From positions 1 through 53,313 of IMG/VR virus record IMGVR_UViG_3300009164_000103: 53,313 bases of DNA. One strand, given 5' to 3'. This DNA comes from a virus (taxonomy: Duplodnaviria > Caudoviricetes). This document shows, in pieces, positions 30,172 through 37,694 of the stretch. Position 1 is the first letter of the stretch. The number at the start of each line of letters is the position of its first letter. The notes beneath the pieces are model-generated. The model searched no databases and was not told where the DNA came from. It saw only the letters and a program-made list of their open reading frames with translations. The position numbers and the translations under genes are program-made.

Positions 30172-30229
30172 TGGCTGTTGCCGACCCCCGTAAGGGGTTT
30201 CGTCCCGTGCCAGGGGACTCATCAGGGCG
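30172..30229 (-). ncRNA. Type I hammerhead ribozyme (HHR-2)
   Basis: Minus strand reads GCC-CUGAUGA-GUCCC(CUGGCAC)GGGAC-GAA-ACCCC(UUACG)GGGGU-C/GGC. Predicted cleavage between 30183 and 30182. Confidence 0.92.
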
Positions 30230-30232
30230 GGG

Positions 30233-30490
30233 TTAGCAGCCGCAGCAAGGGTAATCCTCGCAGCCGCATCTGATGCGCCCGATCTCTCGCCCATCGTAAG
30301 CGTACAGCCCGTTGGGGTCACGCATGGAGGCGTAGTATCCCGCTGGACGTGGGCGGATTGGTCTATCTGGTCCTGCCTTGCAACCTAGGCAGTACAGCTT
30401 TGAGTTGCTGTAGTTTGCCTTGGACCCGGCCTGTATCTGTGTACCGCAAGCACGACAGGGCGCGGAGTATCTTACTGTGATCGTAGCCAT
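30233..30490 (-). CDS. Small Cys-rich protein ending in CEDYPCCGC
   Basis: RYSAPCRACG..I..G, CLGC, CGCEDYPCCGC; TAATG-coupled start. Confidence 0.7.
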   Translation of the reverse strand: MATITVRYSAPCRACGTQIQAGSKANYSNSKLYCLGCKAGPDRPIRPRPAGYYASMRDPNGLYAYDGREIGRIRCGCEDYPCCGC

Positions 30491-30732
30491 TACAGCCCCC
30501 CATCCCGTTGCTTGATCTCTAGAGTTAGTTCTTCCCATCGGTAGGAGTCACCATCTAGACTTGCCATGTCTAGTTCGTATTTCATCTCGTCACCGTGCCG
30601 TAAGGCATTCCGTAAGATTCGGACCTTGTCCGATAGGTAGCAACTCCAAAGTCCCCCATCGTTCATCGGCGCTTCTAGTTCTGCCAGTTCGGCAGATACC
30701 CACTGCGTAAACTTCTCTACTGATTTGTTCAT
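30490..30732 (-). CDS. Hypothetical early protein
   Basis: AGGAG RBS before MNKSVEKF. Confidence 0.6.
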   Translation of the reverse strand: MNKSVEKFTQWVSAELAELEAPMNDGGLWSCYLSDKVRILRNALRHGDEMKYELDMASLDGDSYRWEELTLEIKQRDGGL

Positions 30733-30802
30733 CTCATCTCCTGATTTGATTGTGATAGTGGGGGAGTATCTCCCCCCCACGTTTGTCTCACTGTGAGACA
30801 GT

Positions 30803-31513
30803 CTAGGTTAGAACCACGAACGGATTGTTTGCGGCTTTCTTGAAGCTGCCCTTGATGCGTAGTCCTACTACCACGCCTGGATTGTCGAGGAATCGAGCGT
30901 CTGATTTGTCCCCGTCTATCACGGGGTAACCATTCCATGTTTCAGGCAATGCGCCGTGACGTTTGACAGCGAAGCATACAGCTACAGTCCCGCCCTCTCG
31001 CAAGTACTTGAGTGCCGTTGGTAGTGCTTCAGGGCGCTCACTGTACGAATAGACGAGGTGGTAGCCGTCTATCTTCTTAGGCGGTAGCTTGGTATAGTCG
31101 TATACCCGCGCCTCAGGGTGATGCTTTTTGCAATAGTTCACCACCCATAACCCAAGGTCGCGCCTATCTGTTGCGCCGTTGGGACGGAATGCTGGAGCGT
31201 ATCCCTTGCGCTTACAGCGCCTAACATGAGCGTCAATCTCACGTGCATAGTCGAGGAGAAAGTTCTCACGGTCATTCAAGTAGCGTAGGGTACGGTTCAC
31301 CCGTGCGGCTTTGTTCTTAGGCATGACCATGCGCCCGGAGTTGTTGCCCAAGCATATAGTGGCGCAACTCCCAGCGTTGGCGCACATATTCACGCCGCCA
31401 TATGGGACGGATTCCGTAGCTGGAGACATGTAAGATACTGCAGGCCATGCGTTATCCCATGATTTGCCTTTAGTAATCTTTGACGAGTCTATCGTTATCA
31501 ACTTCTTGTTCAT
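30803..31513 (-). CDS. Gp88-like protein
   Basis: C..A..C...CL...GR, FRPNGATD, YDYTK, VIDGDKSDARFLD, VVGLRIKG; AAGGA RBS after a palindrome. Confidence 0.8.
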   Translation of the reverse strand: MNKKLITIDSSKITKGKSWDNAWPAVSYMSPATESVPYGGVNMCANAGSCATICLGNNSGRMVMPKNKAARVNRTLRYLNDRENFLLDYAREIDAHVRRCKRKGYAPAFRPNGATDRRDLGLWVVNYCKKHHPEARVYDYTKLPPKKIDGYHLVYSYSERPEALPTALKYLREGGTVAVCFAVKRHGALPETWNGYPVIDGDKSDARFLDNPGVVVGLRIKGSFKKAANNPFVVLT

Positions 31514-31570
31514 TTTTGTATCCTTATGTCTCACTGTGAGACAGTTTCAAGTTGTCTCACTGTGAGACAG

Positions 31571-31855
31571 TTAGTATTCTCGGCTCAACTTGAATAACTC
31601 ATGAGCCGTCTTAACACGCTGATCCACTAATGATTGGACCGCTACCAGCAACTCTCGCCTATTGATACACAGGTTAGCCAATTGTTTATGTTCATTCGTA
31701 GGCTCACTAGTTGCCACGATATAGTTATCGCTAGCGTGGAACGAGTTGTTCCATTCGGAGTATACGTATACCGGATACTCTTTCACGGCTTTGGCGAATG
31801 ATCTAGCTAAGGATACATCAGGATCCTCTATCATGTATTCCGTAACATACGTCAT
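31571..31855 (-). CDS. Hypothetical early protein
   Basis: AGGAG RBS; flanked on both sides by palindrome pairs. Confidence 0.65.
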   Translation of the reverse strand: MTYVTEYMIEDPDVSLARSFAKAVKEYPVYVYSEWNNSFHASDNYIVATSEPTNEHKQLANLCINRRELLVAVQSLVDQRVKTAHELFKLSREY

Positions 31856-31914
31856 GGCGTACTCCTAAGGTTGTCTCACTGTGAGACAGTTTGTCTAGTC
31901 TTGAGGTTGTCTCA

Positions 31915-32469
31915 TTATGAGACAACTCGTAGGACTTCAGAAACGAAGCGGTCGGCTTCATATTGTGGGGCTAGTTTTTTCATGCGCTTAATGAGCGCGT
32001 CATACTTTTCTTGCCAATCGTCACTCTCACTCTCACCCGCTCCCTCGCCATCTTTCTCTTTCTTCTCTTTCCCTAGCAATGCGTCAACCTTAATTTTAAG
32101 GTCAGCCACTGTCGCGATGCTCTTATCAATGCGCCCATTGATAAGGTTGGGGATATCCCCAGACTCCCAGAATTTAGTGGCAGTATCGTGGTCGGTACCA
32201 AGTCTAGCTAGCTGATACATGCTAGCCTCACCTACTAATGCGAGATCAGTATCGGAGATCTCTACATACTTCAGGAGTAACCCTAAAGACTTCATCCGAT
32301 AAAACGTAGGACGCGAGATATCCACGTCATTCCCCACTAGCCACTTCTCGACACTGTCGTAAGGCGCATATAGTTCCTGCGCCGATACCTCATATAGCGC
32401 CCGGCTTAGTACGCCGAACATCTTAGCGCGGCTGAGCGCCGCCGTCTTGATTACTGTAATGTAGTTCAC
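31915..32469 (-). CDS. First gene of the early operon; possible HTH-containing DNA-binding protein
   Basis: AAGGA RBS; SVEKWL...DISRPTFYRMK resembles a recognition helix; its stop codon is the spacer of a palindrome copy. Confidence 0.55.
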   Translation of the reverse strand: MNYITVIKTAALSRAKMFGVLSRALYEVSAQELYAPYDSVEKWLVGNDVDISRPTFYRMKSLGLLLKYVEISDTDLALVGEASMYQLARLGTDHDTATKFWESGDIPNLINGRIDKSIATVADLKIKVDALLGKEKKEKDGEGAGESESDDWQEKYDALIKRMKKLAPQYEADRFVSEVLRVVS

Positions 32470-32599
32470 GTTTGTATCCTTTATGTCTCACTGTGAGACA
32501 ATCTGGGGAAGTGTAGGCTTCGAGCAGTTTCTGTGTTGTTTAACTCTCCAGTGCACTCAGTGCTCCCGGGTTGCATTCTGTGCTATCTGCTACTCCTCT

Positions 32600-32628
32600 A
32601 TAATAACAAGTATCAGTGGGTATGTCAA
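32600..32628 (-). promoter_or_regulatory. Strong sigma70-type early promoter
   Basis: TTGACA(32628-23)-17 bp-TATTAT(32605-00) with extended TG; inverted repeat ATGTCA-N6-TGACAT (32622-32639) overlaps the -35. Confidence 0.85.
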
Positions 32629-32722
32629 TACTCTGACATCGTTTTTTTAGATAATCTTTTATGGTACGTTTTGGGCTGAGGTACTAGAGGGATAATGGGT
32701 GATGTTGGGTTAAAATGATGGC

Positions 32723-33304
32723 ATGAGTAAGCCAACGTTGGCGGAGATAATCGGAAAGTTAACGGCGAAACAACGCAAGTTTGCAGAAGGGCTGGTTTTT
32801 GGGGGATTGTCCAAAGCAGAGTCTTACCGGCAGGCTTATCGCTGGAATGGGAACAGCGCAAAGGGAATGGGAGTTGATGCGGTGAAGACCTCGCAGAAAC
32901 CTAGGGTGGCCCTAGCAATGAAAGCAATGGAAGAAGAAAAAACTGCGCGTTGGTGGGCGGACAAGACCAGGCTTCAAAACTTTGTCATGGAAGGTCTAAC
33001 CAGTACCGCATCAACCGCTGAGTCAGACATAACCAAACTCAAGGCATATGAACTACTGGGGCGTACCCGCTACGCTTCAATCTTCGAAGAACCTCAAGCG
33101 AACGAGTCTACGACGGAGTTGCACGGTTCAATCATTGATACAATCCAGACTCGTTTGGCGATGTTGCTTTCATCCGCTGACACTATCGACATCACGCCAT
33201 CGGCTGCACGTGGCAAGGCAAGGCGTGTTCAGGAGTCGAAGGCTATCCCGGTCGATTCAGGTCAGGATGGGGAGACCCTCACGGGGGGAGGGGAGGGCGG
33301 TTAG
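32723..33304 (+). CDS. terS: Terminase small subunit
   Basis: LTAKQRKFAEGL...SKAESYRQAY...KLKAYELLGR fits the HTH-type TerS pattern. Confidence 0.8.
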   Translation: MSKPTLAEIIGKLTAKQRKFAEGLVFGGLSKAESYRQAYRWNGNSAKGMGVDAVKTSQKPRVALAMKAMEEEKTARWWADKTRLQNFVMEGLTSTASTAESDITKLKAYELLGRTRYASIFEEPQANESTTELHGSIIDTIQTRLAMLLSSADTIDITPSAARGKARRVQESKAIPVDSGQDGETLTGGGEGG

Positions 33305-33874
33305 TGGGGTCGCGCGTACCTGCGTAATGCATACTATTCTACTCATCCCATCTCACCCATAAAACTTTTCATGTCTTTCATACACACAACCACATTTGGC
33401 ACATACATTGTCTTTATCAACAACAGACGACAAGGTACATACTTTAGTCAAGCTAGTGCTCAACGTGCTCTTGACGAGTGCCTATCTGAATTAGTGTTTC
33501 CTTGCAACACATAGTCTTTTCAAGACTATAGGCCACCCCCTTTAATTTACAGGATGGCACTGTGTAATACTTTGCCTATATAGAAACACCCCCCTATGTT
33601 TTGTGGTACCATGTGCCATGGTATATATTTCATATACTTAGGTTCTAGAGGACCGATGTAAGGTTTGTATTGAAGGAGTTGTCTCTATAGCTGTATTCGT
33701 TCACTGTGTGGAAATGGTGCATCGAGGCGCAGGCGCTACAAGCGTCTGGGCTTGGGGGCATCCCCCGACAGGGCAGACTTATCATCTGACTATTACATAA
33801 CGGAGATAGCGCTATAAACGAGGAGGCCAACGCCCTTGAACGAGAGAGCCGACGGGCACGTTGGGAATATTAAC

Positions 33875-34552
33875 ATGACGACTACAGGCACAAACACGAA
33901 CAATGTATCGAATCTTTCGATTGATCGTAAGAAGTTTGCTCTTGCTCAAGGTCAATTCTTTACACAGCAGCATCCTAAGGATCTGATTGTGTTGCACTTT
34001 ACGGCTGGTCAGTCAGCTCGTAGTGCGTATGAATACTGGCTTAGTACGCCATTGCAAGTTGCGACATCGTACTTGGTTGATGTTGATGGCTTGATCTATG
34101 AGTGTTTTGATCCTAGTAGATGGGCTTATCATCTTGGGATCACTGGCGCTGATAGCGCTAATTGGAAGCATGACAAGAGGTCTATTGGGATTGAGATAGC
34201 TAATCCAGGTCCACTTGTCATTGATAAGGTTAATCCTAAACAGCTTAACTGGTGGCCTGGAGGGTTCACTGCTAAGTGGTGTACTTTGTCTGAGACCACC
34301 AAGTATGTTGTTGCGCCTTATCGAGGTTATTCTTACTTTGCTTCTTTCCCAAAGGAGCAATCTAGCGCCGTTGTTTCTCTTGTAGATAAACTATGTAAGG
34401 ACTTTTCCATCCCAAAGGTGCTGCCTCCTGTGCCTAAGAGGACAGAGTTTGACATGAAGTTCTTCAATGGATTCAAGGGTATTGCCTCTCATCAAAACTT
34501 CCGTAAGGATAAGTTTGATATTGGTCCAGCGTTTCCTGTTGAGCTACTATGA
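33875..34552 (+). CDS. N-acetylmuramoyl-L-alanine amidase (Amidase_2) endolysin
   Basis: IVLHFTAG, AYHLG, SIGIEIAN, SHQNFRKDKFDIGP zinc-amidase motifs. Start could be 33836. Confidence 0.9.
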   Translation: MTTTGTNTNNVSNLSIDRKKFALAQGQFFTQQHPKDLIVLHFTAGQSARSAYEYWLSTPLQVATSYLVDVDGLIYECFDPSRWAYHLGITGADSANWKHDKRSIGIEIANPGPLVIDKVNPKQLNWWPGGFTAKWCTLSETTKYVVAPYRGYSYFASFPKEQSSAVVSLVDKLCKDFSIPKVLPPVPKRTEFDMKFFNGFKGIASHQNFRKDKFDIGPAFPVELL

Positions 34553-34731
34553 TCTGTATCTTGTTGATTGTATTGGGTTGTTTGTCTATTTGGTTTGGCG
34601 CTGTACTAGCTGACTTCTCTATAATGGCAAGGAACTTCACTAAGATTGAGAAGGTGTCATTCTTCTCAGTCTCAGTGTTCTGGTTATTTGTTGGGCTGAA
34701 GATGTTTATTGCAGCCTGGGAAGAGCTATAG
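34549..34731 (+). CDS. Two-TM membrane protein, holin candidate
   Basis: Two hydrophobic helices; ATGA overlap with the amidase. Confidence 0.5.
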   Translation: MICILLIVLGCLSIWFGAVLADFSIMARNFTKIEKVSFFSVSVFWLFVGLKMFIAAWEEL

Positions 34732-34941
34732 GCTCTTGTCTACTGGCGCTGTTGTGCCAAAGGTTAAGTTCATATCAGACTTCAACCAAGTCCAAGGGAC
34801 TCTGTATACCTTACCTATGCGCCGATAGGGTATGTTTCCTGAGCGAATCATTTTGTGTACCATGCCAGTGCTGATGTTCAAGTACTTAGCTACTTCGTTT
34901 ACCTTGGCGTACCCTACTGAGTTTTCAATGTTGTCTGACAT
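34726..34941 (-). CDS. Excisionase-like HTH (HTH_17) protein
   Basis: VNEVAKYLNISTGMVHKMIRSGNIPYRRIGKVYRVP. Confidence 0.85.
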   Translation of the reverse strand: MSDNIENSVGYAKVNEVAKYLNISTGMVHKMIRSGNIPYRRIGKVYRVPWTWLKSDMNLTFGTTAPVDKSL

Positions 34942-35165
34942 TACTGTACTGTCTCGTCGACGATTGGATTTTTGACGTGTTCGACTAGTCTTGACTTAAG
35001 ATATTCGTTGATGTCGTCAACGTGATATCGAACTGAGTGCCCAATCTTAGTGTAGACTGGTCCAACCTTTTTGATTCTCCACTGACGCACCATGCTAGTG
35101 CTGATGTTTAAGTACTCTGCAAGTTGAATGTCCGTAAGGTAAGGAGACTGAGTATGGTCTATCAT
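34941..35165 (-). CDS. AlpA/Xis-like HTH protein
   Basis: LTDIQLAEYLNISTSMVRQWRIKKVGPVYTKIGHSVRY. Confidence 0.85.
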   Translation of the reverse strand: MIDHTQSPYLTDIQLAEYLNISTSMVRQWRIKKVGPVYTKIGHSVRYHVDDINEYLKSRLVEHVKNPIVDETVQ

Positions 35166-35167
35166 GG

Positions 35168-35530
35168 TTAGCTCGCCTCTTCAATGTTTGGGTTGAAGAT
35201 GTCCTGCAACAGAATCTTTGGCGCAGATGCCTTATTAGGTTCGATTGAACTCTCTTCACGATTAAGAGGCCTCTGTGCCCGAGTTGTAATCGATGGAATC
35301 TCAACACGAACTACCTTCGGCGCGTTAGATAAGGAGGTGATGTAGTCTTTCACACTATCAATCGTATATCGAATGCTGCTCCCTATTCTAATGAAGGCAG
35401 GGCCTTCCCCTGTCCTTCGCATAAGTCTAATCTTTGCAATAGATACAGTCAGGTACTGCGCCACAGCATGTTCTTTCAACAAGAACGATTCAGCTAATGA
35501 GCTAGGTAATGCTTCTCTTGTCTTTTGCAT
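35168..35530 (-). CDS. AlpA/Xis-like HTH protein with C-terminal extension
   Basis: LLKEHAVAQYLTVSIAKIRLMRRTGEGPAFIRIGSSIRY. Confidence 0.85.
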   Translation of the reverse strand: MQKTREALPSSLAESFLLKEHAVAQYLTVSIAKIRLMRRTGEGPAFIRIGSSIRYTIDSVKDYITSLSNAPKVVRVEIPSITTRAQRPLNREESSIEPNKASAPKILLQDIFNPNIEEAS

Positions 35531-35744
35531 CTTTGATGCTCCTCTTTGATCTTAGTCCTGTTTCGCTATATAGCTTACCAGACTGAACATAGTGTAGCAC
35601 ATCCTGTTCTTTGTACCTTATAGAGTTACCTAGTCTTAAGTACAATGGACCTCGTCCTTGCACTCTCCATTTCCTTACACTTGATACAGAGAACTTTGTA
35701 ATCTTAGCAACTTCTGAGTCAATCAATAATGGCTTGCCTAACAT
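35502..35744 (-). CDS. AlpA/Xis-like HTH protein
   Basis: LLIDSEVAKITKFSVSSVRKWRVQGRGPLYLRLGNSIRY; start reassigned to MLGKP. Confidence 0.82.
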   Translation of the reverse strand: MLGKPLLIDSEVAKITKFSVSSVRKWRVQGRGPLYLRLGNSIRYKEQDVLHYVQSGKLYSETGLRSKRSIKDAKDKRSIT

Positions 35745-35789
35745 AATCACTCTAACGCCATTGAACCTTGTTTGATGTATGTACCTTGT

Positions 35790-36480
35790 TGCTAATATAC
35801 TATATCTCTTAATGTATCTCTTATAAGTCCTAGAGCGGCTCCTCGCCGCCTTACTTGATTGTTTTTTGTTTGTTTGTTTTTGTTTCACGAACAAAGCAAA
35901 CAAGTACTGATGTATGGTCCTTGAGGTGCCATCGAGCCTACAGGCTTACAGTCGTAAGCCTTCCGCGCCTCGATGCGTTGATAAGAGCCTTTGGCTCTTG
36001 ATCTAACACTTCTGTAAGAGAAGTCTTATAGCGTCGATTATCGACGCATTGTTATGTGTATCCCTTATGGTGAACCTGAGAGAAGGCACAAGAAGGGTAT
36101 CCCCCCCCTTTAGTTGTGATGATTGTGTATCCCTTATGGAGCCACCTTCGATCAGCACAGGTACCTTGTCTGGTTTGGTACCAACCTGTCCTCTTGGCAG
36201 TAGACCTGGATTTTCACCTTTGTCTTAGCGTTATCGCTTCGACCACCGCTCTACTGCAACCTCACCTAAGCTCTTACGTCTTGCCTTTCGGCGAACCGCT
36301 AAATCAGGTTGTTTCTCCCAATAGAACTGCGCGGCGCTTAAGCTGTATCGGGCACTGGGTTTACCACGCAGTAGGCTCTCATTGCTTCCTGCAACCCCGC
36401 ACAACCGAAAACAGGACTGGTTGTATCCACGGTGGAATACAAGGACTTCTGTTCTCTCCGGCAAGCCGAAGTTTCCGTCC
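35790..36480 (-). ncRNA. Putative large structured non-coding RNA or leader (alternatively a replication origin)
   Basis: At least eight inverted repeats, a GCC-GAAA-GGC tetraloop on the minus strand, a 16-bp direct repeat (36055, 36124) and no credible ORF. Confidence 0.45.
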
Positions 36481-36747
36481 AATAATTCTACCTCCATTGT
36501 ACAATGGATTCGAGAATCGTGGTACACTTATTTTTAGCATCTTTACCCAGGTGCTTGCTGGGGAAGGGACTGTATCCCTCTTTCTTGGCTATATCCTCCT
36601 TCATGGCGTGGTGTTTCACGCGCCACGTTGGGGGTTATATGTTGAACAATGAGAAGGCCGTCATCATGTTGTCGAGACTCTGTGACGGTCTTTTTCTTTT
36701 GCGGTAGATTCTGCAAGCTGGCGCAACACCATGCTACACTATGTGCC

Positions 36748-37005
36748 ATGATGAACGATACGAGAGAGCAATTGATTGATCGTGAGGCGCGTAGGGTGGC
36801 TATTGAGGTACTGAATGGCGTCAAGGATGACGGCGCTGTGTACGATGCTGCAAGGGCTAAGGAAGAGGCCAAGGTAGCAGAGGGAGAGGAGTGGGCGCGT
36901 TCTATGTCAGGGTTCGTGCAAGAGCTTACGGGGCAAAAGATCGACGACGTGAACTACGTTGGGTTCAGTACAGGACGCCGTACGTTCAAATTGATATGCT
37001 CGTAG
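36748..37005 (+). CDS. Hypothetical protein, probably leaderless
   Basis: TGcTACACT extended -10 lies 7 nt before the ATG at 36748. Confidence 0.6.
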   Translation: MMNDTREQLIDREARRVAIEVLNGVKDDGAVYDAARAKEEAKVAEGEEWARSMSGFVQELTGQKIDDVNYVGFSTGRRTFKLICS

Positions 37006-37269
37006 TTGGATCACGAACAGAACATAACAGATAAGGAGTTGTCTGCATACCTGAGGATCTCTGTCTCTCACCTCAAGTACTGGCGCTCTGTTGGTTATGG
37101 GCCTGTTTATTCTAAGAGCAGACGTGGATTGGTAGAGTACGAGCCTATCTATATTGATATGTGGTTGAGGTCTTGTATGGTTGATCCAGCAAAGGATCCA
37201 GCACAAGAAGAAGAGATCTCTTTAGTGAATGGCGCTTTTGAGATTTATGTTGGACGACCAGGAAGATAG
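37006..37269 (+). CDS. AlpA/Xis-like HTH protein
   Basis: ITDKELSAYLRISVSHLKYWRSVGYGPVYSK...VEY...IDMWL. Confidence 0.75.
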   Translation: MDHEQNITDKELSAYLRISVSHLKYWRSVGYGPVYSKSRRGLVEYEPIYIDMWLRSCMVDPAKDPAQEEEISLVNGAFEIYVGRPGR

Positions 37270-37326
37270 TTGTGCTATACTGAGGTTAGGCGATTCTAGT
37301 ATCGCTTATCCCCCTTGGTTGTCATT

Positions 37327-37356
37327 AAAGGCTCTCTTCCTCAGAGGGCCTTTTTT
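37327..37356. terminator. Intrinsic terminator, probably bidirectional
   Basis: AAAGGCTCTC-loop-GAGGGCC-TTTTTT between convergent genes. Confidence 0.8.
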
Positions 37357-37362
37357 GTTGGC

Positions 37363-37611
37363 CTAGTTTTTGAAGATGAATGCTTTGTATGCCCAGGATA
37401 GCAAGGCCCCTACAAATGATGATAAGGCTACTATCGTTCCCCATATCGTCTTTATTTTGTTGTGGTTACGCTCTAATTCTGAAACCTTATCCTCACACTT
37501 TTCAGTACGCCCATTTAGCTTGATGAGGTGTTCTGAAATGTGTTGTAGGTGTATCCTGCTTTCAGCGGCTTCGACCCTTAAGTCGGAAAGTATCTGTTCA
37601 ATGTTTCCCAT
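37363..37611 (-). CDS. Coiled-coil protein with C-terminal TM (XhlA-like holin/lysis accessory)
   Basis: LIKLNGRTEKCEDKVSELE followed by a hydrophobic helix. Confidence 0.6.
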   Translation of the reverse strand: MGNIEQILSDLRVEAAESRIHLQHISEHLIKLNGRTEKCEDKVSELERNHNKIKTIWGTIVALSSFVGALLSWAYKAFIFKN

Positions 37612-37694
37612 TAAGGCTCTTCTCGTCTGAAAGTTTTGGCTGGCACATACTTAACATTGTACTGAATTCTCATTGTTTGATAGATTGTTGAGTA

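Larger units (their letters stand above)
26765..32500. repeat. Nine dispersed 17-bp palindromes TGTCTCA-N3-TGAGACA
   Basis: Copies start at 26765, 28850, 29661, 30784, 31527, 31553, 31872, 31908 and 32484. Arms invariant; plus-strand spacer GAA, CAG, CTG (six copies) or TTA. None seen outside this interval. Confidence 0.95.

Noticed and set aside
26765-32500. Palindromic repeats as a CRISPR array
   Set aside because: Repeats are only 17 bp, spacing is irregular (26 bp to ~2 kb) with whole genes between, and no cas operon is present.
32501-32593. Early-transcript leader as a riboswitch or another ribozyme
   Set aside because: Only short stems (GCAC/GTGC) are visible and I could not match a known consensus.
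36194-36257. tRNA (8-bp closing stem, T-loop-like GGUGAAAAUCC, ends near CCA)
   Set aside because: Only ~64 nt, with no proper D arm or 7-nt anticodon loop; kept only as a subdomain of the structured tract.
36116-36652. 178-aa plus-strand ORF and overlapping 98-aa minus-strand ORF
   Set aside because: No RBS or recognisable motif, atypical composition, and overlap with dense inverted repeats.
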